A stretch of 64,000 bases of DNA from the NCBI GenBank assembly GCA_905331295.1, contig CAJNYD010000047.1, forward strand, positions 62,001-126,000, in the 5' to 3' direction. Each line of letters opens with the position of its first letter. Position 1 is the stretch's first letter. The position numbers were made by a program, and so were the translations under genes. This DNA is from Rotaria socialis. Its lineage: Eukaryota. Positions 39,733-54,000 of the stretch are shown piece by piece. Below the pieces are notes generated by a model. That model searched no databases and was not told the origin of the DNA. It saw only the letters and a program-made list of their open reading frames with translations.

Positions 39733-40824
39733 CCTTGTTCGAAGACAACTAATACGATTGCTGAGTGCTACACCTGAAAACTTACCCAAAAATAAGATAA
39801 GATAAGAATAAAAAAAAACATCAATAAGCTTGTGAGGAAAAAATAACCTGGCTTGATACAACATATATTTTAATAAATTCAATCGTAGGCAAACAAAAGA
39901 AAAACCTAACTATGAAATACATTTTAAACTCTTCGCACTTAAACGCCATTCCTGTTATCAAGTAGTTACAACCAACGGATGCAAATAATTTCATATTGTA
40001 GGCATCGGTAACAAAATTCAATTCAATAATGATATTCAATAGATAATAAGTGCACAAAAAATGAGTGTGTATGTGGTTGACTAGATTTAAAAACGCCCTT
40101 CAAGTATTGCTGCTATCTAGAGGGTGTGACTTTTTGTTTTATAATTGTGCCCGATAACGACATCTTATTCATGTCTGATTTGTTTCCTACTTTTCATCCG
40201 AAGTACTGTGTTCTTACGACGAGCCTGATATTTTTTGTTGTACGGAAATAGATTTTTAGGATTCTTTCAGTTTAACTTAAGCACATTCTTCATGATAGTA
40301 ATTACTATGTCATTAATAAAAATTAAAGACTATTCTCAGGTGAGAAAAAAATGACTGGTTTAATATTATTAGAAAATGACGGACATAACGAACAGATGCT
40401 GGTTTCTCATACGTGAAATGTAATTTTAAGAAACGATCTGATCATTCATATTTTATGATAAATTTTTGATAAATAGCCATGTTTCGATGTATGGATTAGT
40501 ATTAATACTAATTCGTTTTAGTAAATTTATGTTATAAACTAATTTATCATGTTGCAGTTTACTATTTTAGTTGTTTCAAAATGTTTATTTTATTGATAAA
40601 TACGAGCAAAAAGAAACGCCATATTTGCTCATTCATTTATAACCGTCGTACAAAACGAATCGCATTTAAAAAAAAAGTAAAACAACCAATATATTGCCTA
40701 GTTTATATTCGATCAAGTTCTTTTTGTCTTCTAAGTTATAATTCAAAATATAACGCATAAAAAAGCACAACACGAAAATAATAAACTATTCGATGTTTTT
40801 CGAGAAAATACATAAAAAATATTA

Positions 40825-42310
40825 TCATGACTTTCCAGGTGAAGCAATAGAGGCTGGTGTTATAATTGGATACTTTTTTAATTTTACATCGGGTTGTTGT
40901 CGTTGCAACATTTCAGCAACAGCATCGTGAAATCCTGATTGATTTAATAAGAATGCGCTGATATGCCCACGAGGAATATATCGGATATGACAACCTGGCC
41001 ATAAATCATTCATATGTGGAATACCATCACGTATGATATATCCATCGTTTATACAAGCAATAAACAGAGCATTGGATATGTTCGATTGTACTGGACGTGA
41101 ATAATTGAACAGAGACGTAAATTCATCCATTAAAAGGCGCATCATATCTTTAATAGGATCGGCAATCGTCACATTGGAATCAGTAGATCGATTTCGTTCA
41201 CGTAAATATTCATAGAATGTTTGATATGCTTTGTTTTCATAGAATTGCTGTTTTAAAAGTGCCCATGGGATAGTGCGTGAAAGTACACCATCACAATATA
41301 CTGTCGAACTTGTTGACCAGGAAGCACAGGATAATAGAGAAAGAGGTCCAGGCCAGCTGAAATATGAATATATAAAATGATTAGCAACGTTATTGAACTA
41401 GTAATTTGAGTCTATGCAAATCGTATGTAAAGAAATGAAAGTGAAACTTCTGTTCATTTTCAGACAATCTGAACCTATTTCGTAATTACAAAACTAGAAT
41501 TTTATTTTCATTCAGATGCCTGTGAATGTCTGAAAATCTTGTCTAGTTAACTCTATTCGAATCACTATTGAAATCTGTTTTCATCTAATCATGCCATAGA
41601 GTCTTACTTTGTAAATGCTAACGAAGCCATATGTCCTCCAAGAGAGAATCCATGCAGAATAGCTGGCGTTAATTTCATTTTTTGACACCAGTGAAGTAAT
41701 ACCAGTGTTTCTAAAATAAGTGCTTTACCCATAATATATAAATCGGTAACATAGAATAATGATGAACGCGATTGTTGTGGGGGCTTTCTTAAACCGTAAT
41801 ATGGATTTTCAAGAAGAATGGAAGCTATTCGATATTGATTTATTAATGGTACTGCAGTGACTAGTCGTCGTCGACTGAAACCGTGATCACCGGTTCCGGC
41901 ATAGCAAAGTCCTATGGGTATTGGATCTATACCTAACCGATGATCACGTGGTAAAATAAGTTGAAAATGAGCTGTAGCTATTTCGGGTGGGACCTATCCA
42001 GATAAATACAACAAACTAACGATATTATGAATGAAACTATTATATTTCTCACCAAATTGGGTAAATAATCGGCAAGTGGTGAACGAAATCGACCATGAAT
42101 ATAAGTGCAATCACCTTTTATCTCTTGTTTAACAATTTCAATAGTATTGTCTTGTACACTTTCAGCTGGTACAAGTTTTAAACATTCATCTCTAACACCA
42201 ATTTTATCGCGACGATACATAAAAATTTCTTGCAGATGCAATGGATTTCCCCAACCACGTACAAATGATTGGGTCAATATGAAACGCCGAAAGATATTAT
42301 CAAAATTCAT
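40825..42310 (-). CDS. ABHD18: Alpha/beta hydrolase ABHD18 (C4orf29/DUF2048)
   Basis: FVRGWGNP, HGRFRSPL, AGTGDHGFSRRR, LENPYYGLRKP, HGFSLGGHMASLA (nucleophile elbow), MDEFTSLFNY, DGYI, LWPGC..RYI..GHISA. Confidence 0.9.
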
Positions 42311-42558
42311 TCTTTCAATCGTACTCGAATCTTTAATATCATCTAGAGAATTATTTATGCGATGTTTTTTTTTCCTTTTAATCAAACAAACAAATAGAAA
42401 AAGATAGTACAAGGTTGTTGTTTTTTCAATCGTTTATAAACACAAGCATAGGGGAAAAGCCAACAATTTTATGTTCATTTTATTTTCCTAGAATCCATCT
42501 CACTAGTTTACTACGAGAGAGAAACAAATTTTAAAACAAAAAGAAGAACAACATTTTT

Positions 42559-44011
42559 CTATTGCATAGAACCGGAAATGTTAAGCAACATTTGAGGACC
42601 ATGTGGTAAATAGACGATATTTCGTGATTTCGATAATTGACCAGCAATATCTTCGGCGGCTTCTATTCGTCGAAGTTCGATCAAACCTAAACGCATATGC
42701 AAAGAAAAATACGTGAAACAACGCAGAGAAGAGCTAGTCAAAAATTTACCATCGCCAGCTTCACCTAGCGCTTTGCCAATCAGATCAGCTGCACGTGCAT
42801 CACCTTCGGCTGCAATAACATTCGCTTGACGACTTTGTTCAGCCTTTGATTTTCAAAATAAACAAAGTAGATAAGACAAATTTTATCTTAATTCATTTAC
42901 TTTTTCGACTAAAAATCGTTGTTTTTCAGCATCTTGTTGTGCAACTTGTTTTAATTCAACGGCACTTGTAAATTCTGGTCCGAAACTCACGTGGGTCTGT
43001 GCAAAAGAGAAGAAATAGGATCACGTTGACTTTCGTCGTTCGAATGTCTTACAATTGAAATATCGTCAAGTAGTAAACCAAATTGAGCTGCACGTTCTGT
43101 TAATAATTCACTAACACGTTGAGAAATAAGTGTACGTTGTGTGATCAATTCAATTGCATCAAATTGAGCCTACTGATTATTTATAGTAACAAGAAAATAA
43201 AGCAAGGTTACCAATGATTTACCACAACAGATTTTAAAACTTCATTCGTAATTGATGGTAAAACACGTTCTTCATAATCTAAACCCAAATTAGTGAAGAT
43301 TTTCGGTAAAATTTCAGCTCTTGGTCGATAAAGAATACGTAATGTTATATTAATCGTTTGTAAATCTAAGAGAAAAGTAATTATTTTCTGTTATTTTTCC
43401 AAGAGAAAAAAAATCGTTGCCGTCTCATCCACGTCGTTCACATACCTTTTGTTCCGGTTATTGATGGAATAGATCGTGGTCGCGTACGAATATCAAATAT
43501 AATGGGTCTATGAAGCCATGGAATCATAAAGTGTGTTCCTTCACCTATAACATCTGGTTTAACACCTTGAAAACGATCAAAAATTACCGCTCGATGACCC
43601 CCATCAACTAAAACAGATTCATAAAGTTAGATAAAACATTAAAAAGATTTATTGGTCTGACACTGCGAACTTTCCATCAAGCATCTCATAATCTTACATT
43701 AATTACAGTTCAATATTGAGACAACAAAAGCAGTTCAATGCTACACATGATTAGATTCTCGAAAATCATTCGGATGCATCAGTACAATATGGACGGTCAT
43801 CCTACTTTATAAATTCCTCCGATAAGATACCAACAACAAAAAAAAAGCTTATTTCTTCTTTTAATAAATTACCATTATAGAGCATAGAATTGATGGCACC
43901 ACCAGCAATCGCTAAGCCAATACCAAGTCTTCCTAAATAATAAAATCTTCGATCTAAATCAACTACTATCAAAATCTTACCAATATTGTTAAACAAACGA
44001 GATGAAGCCAT
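42559..44011 (-). CDS. PHB1: Prohibitin 1
   Basis: [31 protein letters not shown]...[10 protein letters not shown]...TGTKDLQ...[20 protein letters not shown]...AQQDAEK...[27 protein letters not shown]. Confidence 0.95.
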
Positions 44012-44392
44012 TGTCGCCTCTCTGCCTCTTTTGTTTTTATACTCTAAAAGTAGATATGCATGATCATAAGCGAATCGAATATGTTTAGTTGTTTTATTTT
44101 TATTTAGCAAATAGTTCCGGAAAAAAAAACAAACGAAGCCATATGAAAATTCATATCTCTATCGATACAACAATGTACCACTATTTTAATCTATCTATCT
44201 ACTACAGTAACAAACCAATGCAATATATACATAGAAAAAGATTAAATAACAATAAACTTTGAAAGAAAAAAAAAACATGCATACTTTAAACAAACAACCG
44301 AAACCCACTCGAACAAAATTGAGCACCGTTTTGAGACGACAAAAGAGAAGAAGAAAACAAAAACAAAAACAAAAACAAAACGTATATCAAGT

Positions 44393-47300
44393 TTAGCACC
44401 GTTCAGATATTGTCCGTCGATTTGATGGTCGTGGTTGACCACGATTACGAGTTGGGAAATGTTCCCCACTGGTTTTTAATGAATGTGACGTATCACTGTT
44501 CTTTGCTGCAGCAGCAGCAAGCGCTTCAGGTGCTGGAACAGTCTAGAAGAAAAAAAATGAAATTATTAGAAGAAAAACAAATATTTAACTTTTTTCTTGT
44601 CAATTACTTTAATTCCTGATTTGGTTGGATAAAACTGTTGTGGAAATGATGCACCATCAACACGAAAATCTTCCAACTTTTTATAGTTTTTTAAAATATC
44701 TTCAAGTTTCGAATTTATTTTTTGTTTTTGTCGAGAATATTTTAAAAATGCCCAGAATTTTTCCAAACCATATAATTGTCCTAAATAGAAGAATAGTTTA
44801 TTAATTGATATTGAATCTTTCGTTTTCTGTTTCTATTTTGATTATTACCAGCTTCATAATCGCGAAGAGTTTCTTGCTGAAAATCTTCAAATACATGTTG
44901 ACGAAAATTATTTTCTAAACCATATGTATAAAATCGAAATAAACATTCAACACCATAGCTAAACATAAATAAGAAAAATATATTTTTCTTATTTTCATAA
45001 AACAATTTATCTTTATACCGATGACCAGTTCTAGCATCGTCAACAGCCGATTGTTTAAATTCATTATACATACGACGATTAAAATTTTCACGTAAGAAAA
45101 ATGACCAAAACCGATACAGTGTATTCATTTCCATGGATTGGCCAGGACCCAGTTTAGTACGTTCTAAAAGTAAAAAGAAACAATAAAGTTCACCGAATTA
45201 CAAAACTTCCAAGAGAAATATACGAATTTTGGTACTCCGAGAATTCATAGAGCTAAAAAATCTGGTTCTTATGGTGAACTCCTCATGAAATTTTATGATC
45301 TATTAGATTAAAACTCAGTTTTTTGCTCATGAGTTTATTACCATCAAGACATTCTTGTTTGTATTTAAGATAAACTTGTTGAGTGAAACCATTTTGTTGT
45401 AAAAGTGTATGCGATGGATGTTGAAATTGCGGAATTTCCACTGGAGTTGAACCATAAAAATTTGAACTATTACTATGCCAATAATGATTTTCATTATACG
45501 ATGATGAATATTGATCATAGAAATCTTGTTGTCGATTTCTAAATGAAGAAAATGATTATCTTTTATAATAATCGATCTTTAATTTATTGTGTCTATTAGG
45601 AACAAGTAATATATGAAAATCATTTTTGTTGTTGTTGTCGTAATTAAGCAAAACACAAGTTATTTTGTTTTTTTTCTATAATCATTTACCTTATTGTCAT
45701 TGAATAATAAGAAAAATGAACTTATCTGTAATAAGGAAAATCTTTCTCGGTAAACGTACTCAATTCAAATATATAGAAAAATAAATGCAAACAAAAATAC
45801 ATGAGAATTCTTACGCAGTATTTGATATTGTATTGCTTCGTGATTTGTTTGTTGGATGACCGCGGGAATCAAAAACCCAGCCAACTGAACTTTCTATGGG
45901 CGGATTTTCACTATGACGTGTTTTACGTTTAAGGCCAGGTGTCTAAAACAAGACGGATTATAATTTACCATCTATTTAAAGAAAAACCTACATCAGGTTT
46001 AACAACAGGTGCATCTTTGGTAATTGGATAAAATCGAGCAAAATGTTTTGCACGCGAATGAGGCGTTCGCGGTTCTTCTTTATGTGTATCAGATGGTTGT
46101 TTTTTATTAGTTGCATCTTTCATTGCAGCTTGTGCATCAGCAACATTATTCTCATTGGTATTTTCAATATTATTTGGTAACGATTGAGATACAAAATCAT
46201 TACTTGGTGATGATGATGATAAATTTTGTTGATTGTGATTAGGTTGATTTTTAGGACGATAGAATGGTTCAACTTGTGGTGTTGAAATATTGTTTGAACG
46301 GATAATATTAATTGCTGGACTACGAAATTGCTTTTCATTTGTTACATTCAATTGATTATTGTCTAATAGAAAAAAATATTTCGTTCTTAATAACAAAAGA
46401 GTCATTGGAGATTTTCAGGTATATTCATTATTTTATAGTCTAACTTTAACAAAGAGTCGCATAGACAAGGGTTTCATGGTGTTATTCAAATAAAAAAAGA
46501 GACATTGGATTCTAATGTATTTTCACAAGTTCTATTCAACGACAAGATGGATTTATTGATCTATTTGTACACACTACATTTATCAAAACAAGAATCTACT
46601 GGCTATGAAAACTGTCTATAGAGGAAAAGTTGTTTCAGAAGTCAAAATCTCACTAAATTAGCTACTATTCTCTATGTTGTTCGCACTAATTTACAGCGTT
46701 CATCATCCTAATCAACTATATGCCTAGACAAAGTATGAAATCATAAAATATCCATAGATAGGTTTCTCGATGGTTAAAAAATGCCCTAGATAGCTCATAA
46801 AAATCTAATTTTTGTAGATAAATATTTTAAGAGCACAGTTCCAGCTATTAGTGTATGTTTTTACCTGTCTCAGTTTTTGATGGAATGCATTGGTCGGTGA
46901 CTTCATCTTCGTTTACATTGGTTTTCTTTTCAGCATTTGTTTCTGATTGATCACGTAAAGCATCCATCTCATCTTGACTTATCAATGTTAGTGTATTTTC
47001 AAACGATGGCTTTGGTCTATCATGCCATAATGCTTCTTCATACCATCTTAAACCATCCTCAATAATTTTTGCTACTTCAGCGGTTACTTTAGCTCTTGGT
47101 GTATGATCAACCGTACGACTATAATTTTGTGGATGGTGTTTACGATTTGATGGTGGAGTTGGCGTTATAATAAGAATTTTATCAATGTCTTCATCGTCTA
47201 ACTCAAAATCAGAACCTTCACTTTTACTAAAAATTAAGAAGAAATCAGTTTTTTTCAGAAAAAAATGAACCGCATACTGTTGACTATATGTATCAAGTGT

Positions 47301-49681
47301 TAATGATGTTGTTCGACGTCGATTGGGCACACGAAATACTGGTCCATTTGTTTGTTTATTTGGTAATTCTTCATCAAATTGAAAATCTAATTCTTCACGA
47401 TTATCTGATCTTGTTGGCTCTTGTGGTAGTATAACCTGAGATGGCTCTTTTTTCTCCTAAACAACAATAAAAAATGATAAAATAAAAATCAACATGACTA
47501 AGTTAAAACCTTTTTCTTTGTTGGTTTCTTTCGTTTTGTTGTTTTATGATTCCAATCAGTTTCAGTTTTTGTTTCTTCTTTTTCTAATAAAGGCGTTTCA
47601 TTATTGTCAATTTGAATATCTAATTTTAAAAAGGTTAGCCTGGAAAATATATAACTACGTGTATTCGTACTTTGATATTCATTTTTCCATATTTTTCCAG
47701 GTTGAAAATCAGGTACATCAGGATTTAATGCTGTTAAATGATTGTTTACGTCAATAATTAATGGCCATCGATTAGGTTCATTTCGGCAACGTACCATATA
47801 TTTATCATTAAGTTCAACAACAAAACTATCTTGAACAGCCTAGAAATAGGACAAGAGCATTTTTCTATCGTTAAGGAATTGTTTTTTTTTAGAACTAACA
47901 TCAGCAATAAGATGAACATCATCACATAATGATCGAACTCGATTAAAACTGGCAATTAACGATAGTGGTACATAACCGTCTTTTGTCATCTGCTGTCGAA
48001 GAAATATATCTACTTGAAGATTTTCTGGACTAAAATAATATTCCCTAGAATAAAGTTCAAAGGATAAATTTTCATTCTTCCGTCGAAAACATCAAAACAC
48101 GTACACTTGACGTCGAAGAAGCTCTTTTAATTGTTGTTCAGTATAAGCAGGTATTATTGGAGTGGAATAGCCATCAACAGTAGAAAACGATGTGTCTATA
48201 TCGGTCGGTGAATTTGTCGATTCGTAATAATAAGGACCTTCGATATAGGGTAATACAAACGAACAATCATCAATAATGACAGTTTCATCGTCAAATATAA
48301 ATTTATGAACATCTTGTATTGGATTGTTCAGACCTGTATTCATACGAGAAGAAAAAGACATTCAATTAGAAAATAATTGCATGAAGAAGCTACGATAAAA
48401 ATCTACTTTTAGAGAATGTTTTATTTCATGTAGTCAAACAGATTTATCCAGAAGTAATGTAATCAGGATTTTGTCAATAGGACTATGGCATGAGAGTGCT
48501 GTCGGTTAGAAAGGCTCATGAAGTCAATTGGTGAGCTCCTCCTCAGTAATGCCAACTGAAACTGATTTTTTAAAATCATCAACACTAAATGGTAACTACT
48601 GTATCATGCATTAGTATTCACACCAGTAGAAAAATTAATATTCCATAAACGAGATGTACAACAAAAAATTTCCAAGGTTGTTCTGTATGGTAAATTGTTT
48701 ACTTAGTATATATTATAACAAACCATTTGACTAATAGTTCATAATGAACTTCAAAATCAATTATCTAATCGATTTCTATTATGTGAATACTGTATTAATC
48801 GTTTTACGAGATTTTGGTCATTATACCTCATACGAATGTATTTTACAAGCGATTTCACATTTTTTCTGCCGAATAGATACGCCATTTTCATACCAATGCA
48901 TTTGTAGTAGTTAATAGAAAGACAGTTTTACCTGTTTCATCTCCAGTTGGATTGGCATTAGCAGATACTTCCGGTTTCTTTTTTCGTTTGCCGTGTTTCT
49001 CAGGATATAATTGTACTGGATTACCTGCTTGATCATAATCTTAAAGAAAAAGAACAAGAAAATTAATCAGTACAAATTGAAATAATAATATTGACATACA
49101 ATAATATGCATAATAATCTTGATATGGATTATAAACAGTTGGTGTTGTTCGATTCTTTCGATTACGCTTAGGGGTTGCACCATCAAGACTACGCGTACGA
49201 GTTCGATTATTTGTACGTCCACCACGCGAATTTCGACTTGAACGATTTGCTTTAACTGAAGTTGGCTTTGTAATACTTGGAGAGTCGGTTGATAATACTG
49301 GCTTTTCATTACCTTCGTTGTTTTCAAATGGTAATGGTACCCATTTTTGTTTGCCTGAGACAAATATTTCATTCAAGAGTGAATTCTGCAAAAATTTTTC
49401 TTCAAATTACCTTTTCTATTACGTGTCCGTGGTGTATTTGGCTGCGATGAAACGGTTACAGTCGGTTCATCGGAGGCCTCAGCGAGACTAGGCCAATCTT
49501 TTGGCTTGAAAGCAAAACAGTTAAAATATATATTGAGCAATTAAAAAATCTGCTTATATCTTACAGGTAACACAGCAGAATCAGGTGGTGTATCTAATGT
49601 GTGAATATTCGCATTTGCTGATGAGGATTGTTGCCAAGCTGAACAGTTGTTCGCATTCGATATAGCTGTTTCGTTTGGCAT
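44393..49681 (-). CDS. LARP1: La-related protein 1 (La motif + DM15 repeats), multi-exon
   Basis: DWPSL and KQKWVPL motifs, La motif [63 protein letters not shown]15 region [25 protein letters not shown]...[15 protein letters not shown]...[13 protein letters not shown]; stop at 44393-44395. Confidence 0.92.
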
Positions 49682-51079
49682 GGTCCCTCTTGTTCTTTTC
49701 AGAACAATTTTTTTTTGCAAAATTTAGTTATATCTTAGATCTTCAACAGACAAGAATAAAAAATGAATGAAATGATATTTCGTATGTTTCGAGATAAAAA
49801 CATAGGAGAAACTTAAAAAAAAAACATACACAAAAGTGAAGGGTATATATATAAGCACGTGATCATAAAAATACGCAGTTATTTTTGCTTATTTCGCATA
49901 CGTCTAATTGTTAAGATTAGGTGTGCGTTTTATCCGTATTGTGATAAACTATGGATAGTACTTATTTCGTTTTATTGGTTTGACTTTTTCACCGTTTGAA
50001 TATAGTATCAAGAAATCATGATGCGATCATTCCCAGCCTCATTCGAAAAGAATTTGATTTCATTCTAATTGCCAATATTTGATTTCGATTATTAAAATTA
50101 CAATTTAATATAAACCCACAGCTAATTATTGTACGACCGATGTCGCTAGAATCGTGTAAATCTATATTCCATATGATGATGATGACCTTTAGTAATGTAA
50201 TTATTTATGTTTGCAATGCATCGCTTGATTCAATTCTCATCGATCATCAATCAGCAATCATATGTTCTAGTATAATTAAAGGAAGTTTCTTAGTCAAAGG
50301 TTAACAAAACATTCTGAATATTGAATAAATTTACAACAAAAACCCGATCATTTAAATAATACTATGCAAAATAGTGTTGATACAAATAAAAGTTGCCAAC
50401 AGCTGAGAAATCTTAAAGTTACGAATTCTTTTTTTTCTATATTGGTAATCATCAGTACCAATTCGAATTCGATAGAAAATTCTCCTAAACATCGAAGATT
50501 CCTTGCTTAATTATTTGAGTGTACAACTGAATTAGAAAATTTGTTCGATATTTATTGTCTCACAAGGAAAACTCTGTCAGGGATAAGTTGTCATCGCATC
50601 GAAGTAAGTCTCATTAGATAGATTTTGTTAGTGTAAAACAATTTTTAGAAAGAATCGATTTCCAATAATCCTTTTTCGTCTAAGATCGTATTTGGTCAGT
50701 TCTTTGTGGAAGCATTAGTTTTTCTAATATCGCTTCTTAATTTAGTATCAAAATTGAAAACATGTGTATTTCATATGATAGGAAATTTTTGGTAGTCTCA
50801 TACTTTCACAATTAATTGATTCCATTAAGATCTTCAATGGAATATGAGAGAAAAATCTTACGATATTATCTGGATAAATTCACTAATCATAATGATTACA
50901 AATTTTTAAAGTCATTGAACAAATTAATTCACAAATAATAGACAATGATTATTTTAGAAGAGAACTAATATTGCTTATGAATTGTTTATTATTCCTTAAT
51001 CAATCAAATGCAATCCTTAATCTACAAGTATCTTTTTAAAAGACTGAAAAAAGTTTCTAATGCAAAAAACGAATTGATA

Positions 51080-54000
51080 TTAATTTGTTGGACATGAATA
51101 TTGAATTCCATCAACTGAGTGAAGTGCTTTAGCATATCGAATTGAATTATTTTCATCATTATCGTTATCAACAGCAAATATTTTTACATTTGTTATACAA
51201 CCAATATAAACAGGTATATCATCGACAATAGGTGGCAAATTGTCCATTCTACCAATATATAATGGTCCATTGGTATTTAAATCGAAATCAATTGATAATA
51301 GTTCTTCATCTGGCTCATATTTATCAACATATAAACGAATGAATGATAGATCTTTTTGAACGTCAACTGTATGCCATTGTCCATCACACACTTCATTATC
51401 ATTAATATCGTTTGGCCAATGAACAATATGTATTTCATCAACACTATTTTGTAATAGCGTAACAACAATGTTACCTTTATCGAGATAAACAAATAAATAA
51501 GTATCCTCATTTGTACTTGTTGCAGCTAATATAATACCACTTTTAACACGAGATTTAAAATGAAATGATATATTGAATCGTTGACCAAGACGGAATGAAT
51601 TTTCTAGAAATAAAAATAAATAAGTGCACAACTAAATAACTACATAGACAAGAGAATATGAAAACTATTCATCGAACTCTATGACGACACCAGAGCTGAG
51701 TATAGGACAGGACCGCCCTGTTGCCCGACGGGACAGGGCAAAAAAACTTGTTCTGTGCTCAGCTCTGGACGACACCAAGAGATTAGCCATTATTAACAGT
51801 CTCTTGAATCTACCACTTACCAAGTATTATTTCATTTTCACCATTGATAAAAACTCCTGATTCTTCTTTTTCATAACATGTTTTTATGTTATGATTATAT
51901 TCGTTATTAACATTAATATCGAATGTTACTGGTTGATTATTAATATGTATTGCACTTAAACAACCTTGGAATTGAAGTTGATGATGTCGAATTTTAAAAT
52001 GATGCACTTGACGGCGGCGATGCGAAAGGAATGTTTCATCCGATGGAATGTTTCCAAAATGATATATTCCATCTGTTTCTAATGTTAATTTACTACCTAA
52101 ATAAAAATTTAATGGTTATTTGTGTATAATAGTTAGGCCACGAACCTGGTGGAATTATAAAACCTTCGAAGTTCGAGTCAATAAATAATGTTGCATTATT
52201 TCCAGTTCGTACGATATCAACTTGATGCCATTGATCATCATTCAATCGATTGATACTTTCGATTTCTCCTTTACCTGAACCGCAATCAAAAGCAAAAACT
52301 AATCGACCTTTATGAAGCCATACAGCAATGAATTCATTTAATATATATGAATTGTACGCTAAATAAAAATAAAACATTTAAATTTTCAATGACAAAATTG
52401 ACTATACGTACGATCACTGCCTGAATAGAATACTAAACCGTGTGTAAATCGAGTTCGCAATCTAAATGAAATATTCATTGAAAGACTAATCGATGGTTCG
52501 ATGATTGTTATTAATGCACGACTTTCACGATGATCATCGCCAAATCGATAGCCAATATCGCGGCCAAGATCATCGGAAGGTGTTCGACTTAGACGACATG
52601 AACGTCGTTGACGATAGGATTCTTCATCTTCATCATCATCATTATCATCATCTTGTTCGTCTTTTTCCATTGACATTGTACTAGTAGTCTTTCTATTAGT
52701 TATTGTTGTAGTGGTGGTGGTAGTTGTTGTTGTTGTTGTTGTCGTCCTCGTTGATGCTGTAGTAGTCATTGTTCGTTTTTTAGTTTGAAATGTCGTACTA
52801 GCAAGCTCATTGATTATATCAACTGATGGAAATATTCCAGAATTTAGAGTTTTATTACTGAAATCATCATTTAATTGAAATAATTTAAGTTTATAACCAT
52901 CTGTATACGCTGGCTGAGTAGAATTATAATCAAATTTTGGATAAACAATGGGTCCTCTATTATAGTTATTATTTAGAATTCCATTAGTTTGACAATTTCG
53001 TTCGACATTTTTCAATTTAACAACATTATTAAAATTAATTAATGATCCATCAATATTAACATCACCAATACAACCAATTAAACGTTGCACATCAGTCACT
53101 AGAGTTTGTGGTACACCACCAATAAATATTGTTTTAAACAATTGATAGTTATTATATTCACTTTCTATATCTAATTTTCCGCATTCTGTATCATTTAAAT
53201 ATAAACGATAAGATTGTGAATCTCGATAAATACTTATATAATTCCACCAAATATTTGATAGAAAATTTTCACATCGTATTATTGGTAAATCTTTATGTTT
53301 AATCATAAGATGATTTTGTTCAAAATAGATTATTAATTTATTCATATATTCATTTTCATTATTCATATACATCAATGTACCCGATGGTTGAGATGTTTGA
53401 AAACGCGCTGTTATAGCCCATGGTGTTGTTAGATTTTTTTCCGAAATTTCAACGTAACTTTCTTGATCAAGATAATTAAATTGTACTGTACGTAGAGTTT
53501 CTTCAATTGAACATGTCGTTTCAACATTTCCGCTACGTTTAAAATGTTCAGATTTAAATGTCAATTCAGTACGGTCGATCATTATGGATTGTATACAACC
53601 GCTAAAACCTCGACTTGTTATTGCATCACGTAATGAATCTTGTCCAAGATATTTTCCAACATAAATATTATCATTACCACCTTCAATACGTGATTCTTCA
53701 TCACGATCATACATAGATTCCGATGGTTTATCATCCAATTGAACAACGATTTCTGTATTTTGTTTTTTTATTTGTAAACGATGTAGTTTATTATCATTAA
53801 CATTATCTTCAAGACGTAAACTAACAAGACCACTGCCTGTATTCATAAGAATTTCTGGATGTGAATCAATAATTTGTACAGCAAAGAAACGTTTTTCAAT
53901 ATCACCACCACCGTATGCAAGTAAAAGACCATTGGGCGTTTGAGTTTTAAATATAATTGTTAGAAGAAATGAATGTTCCAGACGGCGTAAACGTCGCTTA

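Noticed and set aside
43610..43870. Long PHB1 intron with GGATGA and CTGA motifs (possible sno/scaRNA)
   Set aside because: The boxes are incomplete, and I could not identify a terminal box D or a target.
52620..52790. Thr-rich and acidic insertion in laminin
   Set aside because: A Thr-rich LG3-LG4 linker is already known in invertebrate laminin alpha (e.g. Drosophila LanA), so it is not novel.
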